Shown in pieces: positions 27,481-41,377 of a DNA stretch of 64,000 nt (position 1 is the stretch's first letter; the number at the start of each line of letters is the position of its first letter). The DNA is from Felis catus (Eukaryota). The DNA lies in NCBI RefSeq assembly GCF_018350175.1, contig NC_058368.1, positions 213,406,001-213,470,000 of the forward strand. The letters run 5' to 3'. A model generated the notes under the pieces. That model saw only the letters and a list, made by a program, of their open reading frames with translations. It made no database searches and was not told the origin of the DNA. The position numbers and the translations under genes are program-made.

Positions 27481-27500
27481 TAGTGTGGTAATATTTTGGT

Positions 27501-27697
27501 GCAGGGGCTGGCAAACTTCTTCCTGTAGGACTGGATAGTAAATATTTAGGTTTTGTGAGCCATTTGTAATGTCACAACTACTCAACTCTCGAATGAAAGT
27601 TGCTGTAGGCAATACAAATAAGTGGATGAGGCTGTGTACCAATAAAACTGTTCACAAAAACAGGCAGCTGGCCGTTGGTAGTAGTTTGCCAGGCTCT
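27501..27697. mobile_element. MER58A-like hAT MITE
   Basis: CAGGGGCTGGCAAACT...CCAATAAAACT...GTAGTTTGCCAGGCTCTG termini. Confidence 0.75.
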
Positions 27698-29689
27698 GTT
27701 TTTTTTAATGCATGGAAAAAGATTTTCTATCCTTTGAAATAACCTCTTTTACCTCTAAAACGGACACTACTGGTGGTAAATAAGTATGGAAACTGTTAAA
27801 TTTTTTTTTCCCTTATAAAGTGGATACTGAACCGATAACTGATTCTATCCTGGGATTTCTTTTCAGGTGAAAATGTACTGTTTTTTTCCTTGCAAAGATT
27901 TTAGAAGTGAGATCATGGATGTTTTTCTAAAGTATTCTTCACCTCATCGCCAGCATCTATATTCTCAAGCAAGGCTGGAAAAGGGCCTTGTCCGAACCTC
28001 TGTCAGTGGTTTCAGAGCTGAGTGCCCAGTCACCGCCACCTGTTTGTGGCCCCAACTGCAGTACATATTTTATAGCCAGAGGCGAGAAAGAGGAGTACAA
28101 TTTGGAGGTGGGGGGATGTTATCTAGAACTTTTTCTCCTATAAAATGCTACTGTGTACAGTCCTCTTTAAAGGAGAAATGATAGGACCCATGGAAATAAT
28201 TGTGCTGTGTGGTAGGAGCGGTGTTTCCATGGGTTTATGCTGCTTGGATCTAAAAATCAGGCAGTGGGTTTGAATATAACAAAACTTCCATAAAAGTCTA
28301 TTGTGTAAAGAATCTGCTGCTTCTTGAACTCTTCACATATTGTTTAGTTGTTGAGTGTTCCTTAAATTAACCTGATCTTTAACAGTGCTCTAACCTGATC
28401 TAGAACAAGACTCCAACAGAAAGGAGCAACAAGCCTTGGTGAATGCACACTCTGTGCCTGATAAAGTAGTCTGTACTTCGTTTTGAGCTCCCCAAAGCCC
28501 GATTACTATCTTCATTTATTGAAGGACAAGCCTGGAGAGGATGCCTTGCTGAGTCTCAGGTTACCTGGTAAGTGTTTGAACTTTTAATCCCGAGTGATTG
28601 AGTAATAGTCGTGGCATTCAACTACAATTTTTCCTTTCTTATTTTGGCACTAGGAGGGGACGGATTTTCTCTAACCGAGAGAAGCAGAAGAGCAGGCATG
28701 CAAAAATTCTCATGGTGGTACAGAATTCAGTGATAGAAGGATATTCCTGCTTGCTTCTAATATCTTGGTATAATTTAACATAAATTGTCTTTTGTGGATG
28801 AAAAAGTTGGCCAGTTCTCTATGTTCTTAGAGGAAAAAGACACTGTCAGATGTCAGGTGGCCAAGAAAGCTGCTGATCTGCGGAAACAGGATTACCCAGT
28901 GGTCTCAGACACATTCCATCATTCAGTTCTTCCTATCGTTTCTGAACAGATGAATACAATACTCTTTTTAAATATAACATCTGAGTTTGGTCATCACCCA
29001 AAGGAAAGTGAAAGGGGCTGGTGTTTGGTTCAGTGGCAATACAGGACCAGTAAATAATGACATTCAGCCTGATGATGACAAGGGTGCAGGACTACGAGTC
29101 GTGGCCACTCATGCCCCAAGAACATGGAAATCAGTAGTCACAAGTCTGTGTGAGGTATTTATGAAGTTTAATTCCAGCTCTGTGGTTTCTCCATCTTGTC
29201 TTTCCTCATTATATATATTTACAGATAATGTTGCTCCATTTTACTTTCATCCAGATCAATATGACTGACAACCTGAGTAATTTCCTATTCATTGCAGCCC
29301 ATTGAGTCCCAGGACGATATCACTGGCTCTCATGAATTTTGCATAAATTTTCTGTATTCTTTAATAGCACTGGCAAGGCAGCAGTGTTAATGTACATAAC
29401 CTTGTGGGCTACTGTCAGAGGGGTATGGATGGTAACATAGTTAAAGTGATACACATACTTTCTCAGTTGAATGTTAGAATTTACTCTTGGTAGACCAGTG
29501 CTGTACCGTGATTTCCACTAGCATCATAATGGGAATATGCAATATTCTTCTTCCATTTATGTTGTGGAGAGCTTTCAGAATAAGCACACATTCTTTTTAA
29601 GCATTTTTGGCTTCATTGTATAACTTTGCCACTAATGAATATTTGGATTATTCTCCTGTTTTTATATTTATTTAAAGTCTTTTTAAATT

Positions 29690-32600
29690 TAATTTTAGAA
29701 AAAGAGAGTGTGGGTGAGGGAGAGGGAAAGAGAGAGAATCTCAAGCAGGCTCTACATTGCATATGGAGCCTGACGTGGGGCTCAGTCTCATGACCCTGGG
29801 ATCATGACCTAAGCAGAAATCAAGAGTTGCACCCTCAACCAGCTGAGCCACCCCATGTCTTTATAGTTGATTTCTGTAGGAGGAATAATAGAAATGAATT
29901 TACTCAAACAGTAGGTCTTGAAAATGTAAAGATAAAATCAGTTTGACTTCTAAGATTCATGTTAATTTCCACCAATAATGTAAATGGTGGTTTCTTTAGA
30001 CCTTAGCCAGTACTGTAGAGGGTATCATCAATTCTGGTCTTTACCGAGCTTAATAGAGGAGAATGATCAAATTATTTTATTCTTATTCAGGGGTTATCAT
30101 TTACTATCTTTATTGGTAATTTGTATTCCCCCCTCCATGAGTAATTTGTTCATGTTTTCATTTTTTTAAAGGGGCATTGATCTTTTTTTTGTATTGCTTC
30201 ATCAGGACTTTCCATATATTATGTGTATTAACCCTGTGTCTGTGATGCAGTTGGTTTTCCCAGTCTTTGGAGTTGGTATATGGTGAGGCTTTTTGTTTTT
30301 GTTTTTTAATCTTTGGAAAAGTATATGGTGCAGTGCTCAAGCATGGAATCTGTGCAGACCTTAATTGTCCTCTTAAAGAGATCTGCCTGGTATTCAGATT
30401 TGGGATATGTATATATCATATGAATTTGGGGGTGCAGTTAAATATAACATCTAAAAATCACATGTATTGATTAAAATACACATGGAAAATCACATAAGCA
30501 AATGTATACGCTAATGAATTATTTTAAGGCAAATATGCTTGCAGCCATCACCCAGGTCAGGAGACAGAATGTTGCCAGCTATCCAGAATCTGTTCAAGGC
30601 TTCCTCCCAGTTAGAGTCTCCCTAATCCCTGAGAATACTGTTCTGACCCAGTATTGCATCTCTGATACTTTTGTTCTGTTTGGTTTCATTTTCCTTTTTT
30701 TTTTTTTTAAGCTTATTTATTCTGAGAGAGAGTGCTAGTGGGGGAGGGGCAGAGAGGTAGAATCCCAAGCAGGCCCCATGCTGACAGTGCGCCTGATGCA
30801 GGGCTCGAACCCATGAACCTTGAGGTGACCTGAGTGGACACCAAAAGTCAGATGCTTATTACCCAACTGAGCCACCCAGGTGCCCCTTTCATCTTTCATT
30901 TGATGGCCTTTTTTAAGTGTTTTTTTTTTTAAATGTTTATTTTTGGGAGAGTACAAGAGGGGGAGAGGCCGAGAAAGGAGGACAGAGGATCTGAATCAGG
31001 CTTTGTGCTGACAGGCTGACTGCAGCAGAGCCCGAAGTGCGGGCTCAAACTCAACAAACCGCGAAATCATGGTCTGAGCTGAAGTTGGATGCTCAACCAA
31101 CTGAGCCACCCCAGGTTTCTCTTAAAATGTAGGTCTCCCCCTGACATCTATCTCTTGTTTTTTCCCTTGCAAGATATTTGCTGATGAAATTGGATCACTT
31201 GTCCTGTAGAGTTTTCCAAAGTTTGGATTTTGCTGGTTGTTTCCACATGGTGTAGTTTAATGTGTTTTTCTGACTTTTGTACTTGCCAGGTATTGGTAAT
31301 TGGATCTAGAGGCTGTCAGATTCAGGTTTCTTTGGGCAACACTGTTTCATAGGTGGTGGTTTGTTCTTCCATCAGGGAGCTCTTAATCTCTTTCCTTTTG
31401 TGACGTTGACAACCTTACTGGTCATTTCTTATTACATCAGTGATTTATTGGGATTGCAGAGGGGTGATACTTTAATTCTTACATTTCTTTGCTTATTAGC
31501 TAGAGAATATCTATAAAAGACTTCACCTGTATCATTGCTATTACCTCTTAGTATTTATAGAGGAAAAGTAGGATAAAGTCTTTATTTTGTGTGTGTGTGT
31601 GTGTGTGTGTGTTTATTTTGAGAGAGAACGAACTGGAGAGGGGCAGAGAGAACGGGACAGAGGATCTGAAGCGGGCTCTGTGCTGATAGCAGACCCCAAT
31701 GTGGGGCTTGAACTCAATGAGCTGTGAGATCACGAACTGAGCTGAAGTTGGACGCTTAACCGACTGAGCCACCACCCAGGCGCCCCAATTCTACCTTCTT
31801 AACAAATGTTTATTATTGTGAGAGAAGAAAGAGTGCGTGTGTGGGAAGGAGGCAGAGAGAGGGAGAGAATTCCAACCAGGCTTCACACTGTCAGCACTGA
31901 GCCCAGTGCAGGGTTTGATCTCATGACTATGAGATAATGACATGAGGTGAAATCAGGAGTTGGACACTCAACCAACTGAGCCATCCTTGTGCCCCCTAAA
32001 TTCTACCTTTTGTTTACCGAGTTTCAAAATAGAGTTGGTTCTCTAACATTCTCTAAAGGTGACTGATTCGTTAAGTATTATGGACTTACAGAAATAAACA
32101 TTCTTTTATCATAATTAATTTCCTTGATGAGAACCAGGATTCTTGATATGGAAAACTTAAAAGTATAGCTTTAAGACAGAAGGTAGTCAAAACCTTTGTA
32201 GTTCTACATTTAAATGAGAAGTATCACTGTAAACTTATGACGTACTTACTTTTTTTTCCTTTTTTATTGTGGTAACATAAAATTTACCATTTTAACCATT
32301 TTTGAGTGTACAAGTCAGTGCTCCACTTTGAGCTGTATCTGCATTGTAAGAACATCGTCGTTATATAGTACAGTCTCCCTTTTAACTCTTTGGTCTTAAC
32401 TCTTCAGGTAAATACATGTTTAGTGCTCACTACCATTCCTTATGTCATTCCTTATTATCATTTTGGTTGTCTTGCTCATTTGTTAGATTCTTCAGAAAGG
32501 CCTGTGAGAATAATAGTCCCTGAGTGTTGGTATTCTGGTGACAGGTTATCCGCAGCCTTTTTATTTGAAGGTCGGTTTGTCTGGATAACATTCTAGATCA

Positions 32601-35600
32601 TATTTTGAGGTTTTTTTTGTGTGTTAAGTGTGTTCTTTTTGGCATAAAGCATTACTGTCAAAGTCTGATTGTAATATGATTTTCTTTCCCTCATGAATAC
32701 CTTGTTCTTTTTGCCTGGAGCCCACAGGATTTTTTTCCCCCAATAATGTTATCATACTGTGTTTGGGTGTTGGTTGTTCTGGATCAGTATTACCTTTTAA
32801 AAACATTTTTTAATGCTTATTATTTTTGAGAGCGAGAGAGAGAGACAGAGCACCAGCCAGGGAGGGGCAGAGAGACAGGGAGATACGGAATCCAAAGCAG
32901 GCTCCAGGCTCTGAGTGGTCAGCACAGAGCCTGAGCCAGGGCTCAAACCCATAAGCAGTGAGCTCTGCTGGACGCTCAACCGACTGAGCCACCCAGGTGC
33001 CCCTGGATCAGTATTTCCAAGTACACGGTACGTTCCTTCAATGTGTAGTGTCAAATCTTTTTTATTCTAAGTTTCAGGAAAAGTAAAGTTTTCAGTGTTT
33101 GTTCTGTCCCTTGGTTTAGGTTTTCTTCTTTGGGGACTGTTATTACAGCTCCTTATATTTGTCTGCTCTGCTTGGGCTCTTTTTTCTCATTACCGTTGAT
33201 CTTTAAGCCTCTCACCCTTTTTATCTTAAGATGTTACGTATTCTACTTTCGTCTTTTCTGAAATTGTTTTTACTGGTTTTATTATAATAACCAATTTCTG
33301 AATTTTTTTCTAATTTCAGTTTATCTTATATTTTATGCCGTTTTCTTGATGTATTTTTTTTTGAGGCATTCGGTTACAGTTTTCACTGGTTTCCTGAGCA
33401 TGTCTTTCTGGTGTGCTTTGTTGTTGTCTATAGGGATTGATTGTATTTGCGCCTCAGGCTCTTTGTTCTTATAATAATGTTGTATGGGATTTTACTTAGA
33501 TTATCTTCTGTTGCCTGTTTTTACATGAAATTACTTTTGCTGCTGTTTTACAAGGGATGTGGGTCAGGGTAGCTTTTCTAACTGTATTTATTCTCTACAC
33601 CTGCCTCTTCCGTTTGGGTGTAGTGGAAAGAGCTACGGCAGATTACTTTCTGAGATCTGGTTCTGCTCCCTTATTGATTACGTTGATTATGGTGGGGACG
33701 GTGGGGTTTTCAAGGGCTGTCAGATGTCCTGGTGCTTCCTCTGCCTTGTTTGCACGCATCTTGCTGTTGTTAGTAGTTTGTCCCTATTTGTATATTCTGG
33801 GATTTGTGGGGGTACTTTCAAACCTAGTTTTGTTGTAGTACATTGTTTATCTATACTAGTTGTGCATGTGCGTGTGTGTGTGTGTGGTGGTAGCTGCAGG
33901 GAGCAGAGAATGGGTGGGAGGTAAGGAGATTAAAACACTATGTCACTGTTCTGCCATCTTGCCTAAATCTGCTGGGACAGTCCCCAGTTGTTTTTAGTTT
34001 GGATGTAGTCTGGTTAAATTATGAGTCTCTTGTTTTATAGTTTCTGAATTTAGCCTCCTATTCACTTTATGATAAAAAAAATACAGTATGATGCAAACTT
34101 TAAAAAATATTTATTGATGTCTTTTATAATTTTTATACATATATTTTTAGTCCTAATAAAATGAACTACATTTAAAGATTTCTTAAATTCATACCAGTCA
34201 TGTTTGGAGTTAACATCACTTAGGCTTAGTATTTTCCTTAATGCATTACTGGATTCTACTACCTAACATTTCATCAGGATTTTTATTTTATTTATGGATA
34301 GCCTTTGTGCATTTCCATTGTATTTTAAGCATTTTTCAAGTTCATCTTCAATGTCACTGACTTAGGTTTCTGCAGTTTGATTTGACTTGATGCATCTGCT
34401 AGGTCTTTTAGTTTGGTAAAGTGGTCTCTTAGTTTCTGTTCTTGGTTACACCAGATCCATATTAATCTCACTTGATTTTCTTTCTTTTTTGATCTTGTTT
34501 CTTAGAAGTTACACTCTCTTTAAGTACATTGAGAATACAAATCCGTTTGAATTTATCATCTTCTGATACCCAGGGTGGTCCTTCCATTATATTTATCTGC
34601 CTTTTGCATATTGTGTTTCAGTGTCCTCCCTCCACCTTTCCCAGTTCTGTCTTCATGAGGAAGACCTTTGCTGAACCAAATTGTTTTTAGTGGGAGTCCT
34701 GTCCGAGCTTGCTGTTTGCTCAGGGTTGGTTGGTAGGTCTCTCTGTTTAAGTGTGTTCGGTTCATCCTTTAGGATGAGAGAAGAAAGCTGGGTAGTGGCC
34801 GATCTTAGTCTTGTTTCATTCAGATAGCTGCTTTGGGGGGATTGGGAAGGGGGTGTGTGGAGTGGCACTTGCTGCTGGAGCCTTTCTGGGGTGGGTGAGC
34901 TGTGGCAGCTAAACCCTTACTGAATTAGCTCAGCCTTTTTGTGGTAGGGTCCTATCTGGCGGGGGCTCCCTTCAGATCAGACCATTCCTTGTGTGTTGTT
35001 CCTTGGCCCTATCTAGGCTGACCCAGGTATCTGGAAAAATCAAAACAATCCCCCCTCTTCAACCTCACCCTCCTTACCATTCTGAGGAGTGTAAATGGTT
35101 CCAATTCCGGGTGCTTCCTCCTTTTTCTGGGGCCCACTTTGTCCTGCAATCCCCTTTCTCCAGGGTAAGACTTTAGGTGGCCTTCTTCAGGACTCTCGTT
35201 TCATACTTCTTTTGCTAAAGAGAATTGTATCCCATTTCATTGCTCTTCAGTTTGGTCTTAAGATTGTATTGTACCTGGTATGCATTCTCCAGCACTCCTA
35301 GAATGGGCTATTTCTGTATTAAAATTCATCCCTCTTTGTGTTTTTGTTTGGGCTTTAGACAAAAGAGTTACATGAACAAATAAGCACACTCTCTGTCAGA
35401 AGTTTTACCTGAGTAGGAGTGAGCCAGTCAGCACCTGACTTTTGGGGTGTATATGGAAAAATTCAGGCAGGCAGCAGCTGGTATGTCCAGAGAAATTCTG
35501 TGATAAGAGGCCGAAGTTATGAGAAAATAGCATCTATAAGGTTTCTAATAAAGAAAAGGTATGAAGAGTTGGTGATAAGGCCACTGACTGGTAGAGGGAG

Positions 35601-36999
35601 AAGTGGATCTGCAGAAACAGACCCACACATAGCAGGATGGTTATGTACTATGTTTATTTTTGAGAGAGCACACGAGCAGGGGAAGGGCGGGGGGCGGGGG
35701 GTGGAGACAGAATCCCAAGCAGGCTCAGTGCTGTCACCCCAGAGCCCAATGTGGGGCTTGATCCCACAAACTGTGAGATCATGACCTAAGCTGAAACCAA
35801 GAGTCTGATGCTCAGCCGACTGAGCCACCCAGGTGCCCCAAATAACAGGGGAGTCTTACCAGTGGAGGGCACTGAGTGAACACCCATGAACCCCATCGTT
35901 CAGTCTCAGAGGCCCGGTCATATGCCAAGTCCCATTTTTACATTTCTATGACATGCCATCATCTTTCTTGTGCTACTCTAGGTTGGTGTCTGCATCTTAA
36001 AATCAAAAGAGACTAAGTAAACTGATGCTTTTTATTTTACTCTGTGAAGCAGGATCCCAGGTCATCCAAGCATGGGGCCACGGGGGTGGGTGGGGTGGTA
36101 GCGGGAGGTGGGTAGCAGTTTTGAGAAAAATGAGGAATAGTAGTCGTTATAAAGAGAAAAACCGACAAGGAAACAATGGCTGAGTAGCTGGGGAGTCTCC
36201 AGGTATCGCTGGAAATCATGGATTTATAGCAGCATTATTCTACATGGTTGTGGGATTTCCTCTAGGAAGAGGAATGTAGGAACCAACAAGCTGGCTAGTG
36301 GAAGGAAGGATCCAGGATTAGCTGGGACAAGGGTGCCGAGTCTCTGGGATGGATGGGGGCTGCTGTGCTCTACTGTGGTGTCTAGTCTAACAGAGAAGAA
36401 ATGAAAGGTGGGGCTTCTGATGGGGAGAACATCGACAGTGTTGGGATTAGGCTTGCGGAAATTGAAGACTTTAGTAGTGGGAAGAGGGGAGTAAAATCTA
36501 GACGGTCAGGGCTTTGCAAAGGCATGGGATGTTGAAGGTCTTGGAGATTTAGATTGTGTTAGATCCTCAGTGTGGCCATGTAAGAGTTGTTGATTAAAAA
36601 AAAAATTTTTTTTTAATGTTTACTTATTTTTGAGAGAGAGCACGAGTTGGGAAGGAGCAGAGAGAGAGGGAGAGACAGAATCCAAAGCAGGCTCCAGGCT
36701 CTGAGCTGTTAGCACAGATCCCTGACGTGGGGCTCGAACTCATGAGCCACGAGATCATGACCTGAGCCGAAGTCAGACGCTTAACCAACTGAGCTACCCA
36801 GGTGCCCCAAGAGTTGTTGATTTTAGTTCTGTTGCCTTTGGACCTCTCATTTATGTAATAATTTAAGTAATAATAAACATGTCTTGATATTTTCTATATT
36901 TTTATTTTAGAGAGTGTGTAAACAGTGGGGAGAGAGAGAATCCATGCTCAGCATGGAGCCCTAAGTGGGGCTTGATCAACTGAGCTACCCAGGCGCCCC
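29690..36999 (-). mobile_element. Intergenic repeat field: about nine minus-strand Can-SINEs (e.g. 30695-30886, 30910-31117, 31585-31787, 31805-31996, 32805-33003, 35650-35839, 36596-36808) among old L1 fragments
   Basis: SINE cores recognisable; T-rich L1-like text at ~30460-30660, 31130-31530 and 32380-33550. Confidence 0.75.
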
Positions 37000-37054
37000 T
37001 TATCATATTTTAAAAGGTTACTTTATGGATTGCAGAACTAAAACAACAAGGAAA

Positions 37055-39847
37055 GAACCAAGAAGTAGAGTGTTTATTTTTTTAAAATTACTTAAAAAAG
37101 GTTGTTTACAGAGATGTGGATTTACATAACTTGGCGACAACATTTTAAAAATGTACAGGCTATTTGATATTATTGCACTTACTCTTTAATATATAAGGCA
37201 TTTTATTTTACATAAATAAAGGATGTATATTATCATACAACAGGTGTGGTGCCAATTAAGTCAACCATAAAATTAAATGAGATGTGTATGGAAGGACAGA
37301 AATGAAACCCGACTTCAACCTTCACAGAATATCCTTGCAACTACAATTTACTTGTTGTAACACATATTTACCCTCATAGCTTATTGTGGGTGACTGACGA
37401 GTTAAATAAAACCCCCAAACAATGAAAATTTTAGTAGGATAATAGAATACCATTAGTGCTCACTTCAGGAAGTGTGGGAATTAGACTAATTAGAAATACT
37501 AGTCATGCCTTGAACACTGAAGACAAGTAAGTAGCCTTCTAAGGGTCAGAGATAGTTTAGCCTTTTGCTTTCTCCCTTCAATTCCAACTGGTGACCAGGG
37601 AAACCCTTCTCGCAAGATCTACTAGAAATGGCTGATGACTTTAACAGAATTTAGTGAGCCAAAGGTCTACCCTTTGCACTCTTCAGATATGATGATCAGG
37701 GACTCTTGGAAGGAGACTGTTCCACTGCTCCCCATTCTGTAGATGTTCCTGTTTGCGTAGGAATGTGAATTTCTTACTGGTAGGCACAGCTGGAAGGGTG
37801 GAGGCAAATATTCTCTTACCATTCAGGCAAGAAAGCAGAAACCACAAAACTGACCCCAGAGACTTAAAAACAATCTAGCATGCACCTTGCACTGACTGCC
37901 TATAGTATCCTACCTGGAACTGTAGTGAATAGTAGAAGCTAAATTAATCAGGTCTTTCTAGCTAACTCTTGTGCAACATTCTCTTTTGTATATAACCTAC
38001 GGAAAAAAAAAAAAAAAAAAGAGAAATCTGGGCTCACCAGCCAGATACTTCAGTCCCATCTGAGAGACCCCTCTGGGCCAACTTTACAGAGGTTTACTGG
38101 GATTAGTCACTTGGAAAAGCAATGTACAAAGGTGAGTAAGCACCTCTATGATCGGGGGAGGGGTACGGTGACCTCCATTCTTTTCTCTAAGCCACAGACC
38201 CAAGCTGCAGGTTATTGGAAGAAGTCTCCGAAATAATACCTCGGCGTCCTCCCACAGGCAGGTTATGATTCTCACCTGTACTCCCAGGACTCGATCTGCT
38301 GGCCTGCATCACCCTTGGATCTGGCTCGTAACTACATAGTTCGGCTGCTTTACCTTGAAAGAGTGACTCACCCTTGTTCTCCATTTTCTTCTTTTTACAT
38401 CTTGGTAAATGTAGCTGGTGAAGGTTTAGAATTTAAGAAAAGAAGGTGCAGTAGGAGGAGAAAAGCCAGTTTTGTGACAGGGAACAGCGCATTGAATGGG
38501 AACAGCCACTACGAACAAGTCATGCTTTGAAAGGAGAGCAGCCGGGATGGGTTTTCACAGGCAGTATGAGTCACAACAGTCTTTTGCAGGGAAACGGTTT
38601 TGCAAAAGGAAGAATTTGCAAAACAGGAAAACAAAACCAGCAAACGCTTTAGTCACTGCAGAGCCGACATCACACCCAGGTCAGGAAAAGAGGTCCAGTG
38701 CTTTAGAAAGGTTCTATTTCTTAAGCTTGTTGGGAAAGGGGAACACAACCAGCCAACCAAAAAAAAGTCCCCTAGAAGGATTATTTTTAAGTTCCTCCAT
38801 TTGGATTGTAAATGTAATGCCTACGTTTATAAATCCAAGGGTACTAAAAAGATTTCTAAAAATTTGGCTTAAATTAGTGGTTGGAGTGCATAAAATATAG
38901 AAATGGAAACCCAGTGACTATGATATTTCTGCCCACTCTTGGGTTGACTGGTCTTGAAGCACTTATTCAAGACAAGTTGCAAACCAGATGCAAGGTGCTT
39001 TCAGAGCTGGAACTTTCTGCTCACTCAAAGCAGCAAAGTTCATGGCTATTTAGTGTGGTTTATCAGAACGGCATTTTTGTAGCATAGCCTTACGACTTAC
39101 ACTTTTAGATCACGATCAGCACTTCATGATGATCGACAGTCCACTGAGTTGAACTCTGCATCCGTACATTGCACATGACACTCTCTAAAAAATATCACTT
39201 TCTGTATTTTGCTTTTTCATTTTTGGATAATTCCTGAGCTCAGCTTAACTGTTAGGTCATAACTTATCTTTTTTCTTTCTTTCTTTAAGTCTCATTTCTT
39301 TTCACGGTAACAATACAGACCCACAGCTCCTTCCACTGAATGTGCCTAAAAGCACTGTTATTTACTTACAAAATTATATAAAACTGTAGTCCTTTTAGTT
39401 GTGACATCTGTGTTGCCCCCTCGGACCTGGTTACCTCCCTCACTGCCAGGACTGGGTACAGTGTGAAAGGAGGCAAGAAGGATGCGAAGGTCTAGGTAAA
39501 TGGTTTGAATGAAGGGCACGCCATGTCTCGTATCCCCATCAGTAAATGTGAAAAGGAGGGGACAGGCACTGGAACGAAAGGATCCCTCCCAGCCGAGGTG
39601 GTCCAGGTCAAAGGCTTCCAGGGGTCCGCTCCACCGCTGCTGCACGCACAAGAGGTCAGCTTCACGTAGATGTCAAAACGTGGAGATTTCTATAGTCCTT
39701 GCCTGTATCAGTGTTCCTGTGTTGTTTTAGGAACCCAGCGTTTGAAGAAGTTACTCTGATTTGCTCAAGTAAGGGAACTGAGAAAAGGAGATGCTTGTTC
39801 AAAAATGTAACCAGCATGACCAGTGAGCATCACCACTGGTGATGGTT
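37055..39847 (-). other. PDZD2: PDZD2 3'UTR (~2.8 kb)
   Basis: SINE-free sequence between the stop codon and the AATAAA signals; the end is approximate. Confidence 0.7.
37073..37078 (-). terminator. Probable PDZD2 polyadenylation signal
   Basis: TTTATT on + (AATAAA on -) at the end of a repeat-free AU-rich block; a second signal at 37202-37207. Confidence 0.65.
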
Positions 39848-40014
39848 TCAGGACGAATTTCTATGCTTCCTAATTACTAACTGCACAGGTCCCTCCGGGA
39901 CAGACTTCATAATATTCCAGGCGTCAAAGTGCATGAGCCCAACCAGGGGTTTTCCATTAATGGCGAGAATTTCATCTCCAGCTTCTATTGTTCCCGCTTG
40001 TTCAGCTGCACCCC
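39848..40014 (-). CDS. PDZD2: PDZD2 last coding exon (end of C-terminal PDZ domain)
   Basis: cacag|GG GGT GCA; GGAAEQAGTIEAGDEILAINGKPLVGLMHFDAWNIMKSVPEGPVQLVIRKHRNSS*. Confidence 0.96.
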
Positions 40015-40929
40015 CTGTGAGAATAAATGCAGAACAAGGGCTTGGCACCTTTGCAGTATTCAAAATAAATTCCAAGGAAACGAAAAACTTAAGTGGTACC
40101 CAGTGCCTATATTCTTAAGACGCACAGGGCATACATCCATTAAATATTCAAATCTGTAACCCCCTCCTCTCCTAAGATGCATAAGCAGTGGACTAGGAGA
40201 AAATCATTTTCAATGTATTTAATCAACAGAGGGAATACGCAGACTAGATAAAGAACTACAAATCAGTAACTAAAATCCAAATGGCCAGTAAGTGTAGGAA
40301 AACAGGCTCCACTTTGATCTAATATACCATGACGGCTAATCAGGGACTGTGGAGATTACTTACACACAAAACCTGATGTATTTCCACACCGCAGCTTTCT
40401 ACATAACAAGCTTAGGAGTATATAGGTGTATGTTACTGATACTGTTAGTATTCACTATTGTGATAGCATATTACATAAAATAGGATATACATTAGTATAT
40501 TTTTATATATACTGATATTGTTAGTATAATTATACTTTAAAAAAATGTTAGAGGAAGAGAGATGATCCCAGGCAGGCTCCGTGCTGTCAGCACGCAGCCC
40601 ACCGTGGAGCTCGATGCCAAGAATCACGACATCGCGGCCGGAGCCCAGATGGAGTCGGATGCTTAACTGACTGAACCGCCCAGGCTCCTCTATAATTAGA
40701 TTTAAAATTTGTAATACAATTGTTTAGCTCAGGAACCTGAAGAGGTCTTTGAGAACTGTCCAAGATTAAATGACGATGCAGGGTCATAAAGAGACCTCAG
40801 ATCTACCACATGTTTCAATGATCTCTACTCCCATCCCAGTATTGCAATTTTAAATGAATGGGATCTTGGTCCATGTTAACTACCCCTGACTGGCAACCCT
40901 GATGGCCTTACTTACATGTATATTTACAT

Positions 40930-41110
40930 CAGCTACAGCTAATACTAGTTAAGAACACGGAGTTGGACACAGACCCTGGGGCCAGACTGCCTGGGGTCAA
41001 GCCTTATTCTGCCATTTGCACCTGTGACCTTCGGGGCTTGTATGGCCCCCTGTGGCACAGTCTCTCCTCTGGTGAAACAGGGATAACAGTACCTGATAGG
41101 ACTGTCATGG
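40930..41110 (+). mobile_element. MIR SINE
   Basis: GTTAAGAACACGG..CCAGACTGCCTGGGGTCAA..CTGTGACCTT..CAGTCTCTCCTCTGGTGAAACAGGGATAACAGTACCT. Confidence 0.65.
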
Positions 41111-41242
41111 GGGCGACATGTGTTTACATGTGTAGAACACAACAGGGCGGACACACAGCACACCCTGTATGTCACAGAGAATAAGAACATTTTCCAAATG
41201 GAAAGAAAACAAGACTGCTAACTGGGTTTTTTAGGGCATTAC

Positions 41243-41377
41243 CTTTGTACACTCTTTTAATGACCAGGGGCCCGTCTCCAGCCATCGATGATTTTCCTCC
41301 ATCCAGACTCAATCCCAGCCCGGCAGAGGTCTTCAGCACTTCAACACACAGAGCATCGTGGGAAGCTACACTTCTAC
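41243..41377 (-). CDS. PDZD2: PDZD2 coding exon (135 nt; start of last PDZ domain, GLGL loop)
   Basis: ctacag|GT AGA..AAA G|gtaat; GRSVASHDALCVEVLKTSAGLGLSLDGGKSSMAGDGPLVIKRVYK. Confidence 0.96.

Noticed and set aside
27850..29300. Unique intergenic block with an acceptor-like TTTCTTTTCAG|G and short ORFs (possible GOLPH3 alternative last exon or lncRNA)
   Set aside because: No recognisable protein or consistent exon chain; cannot be supported without transcript data
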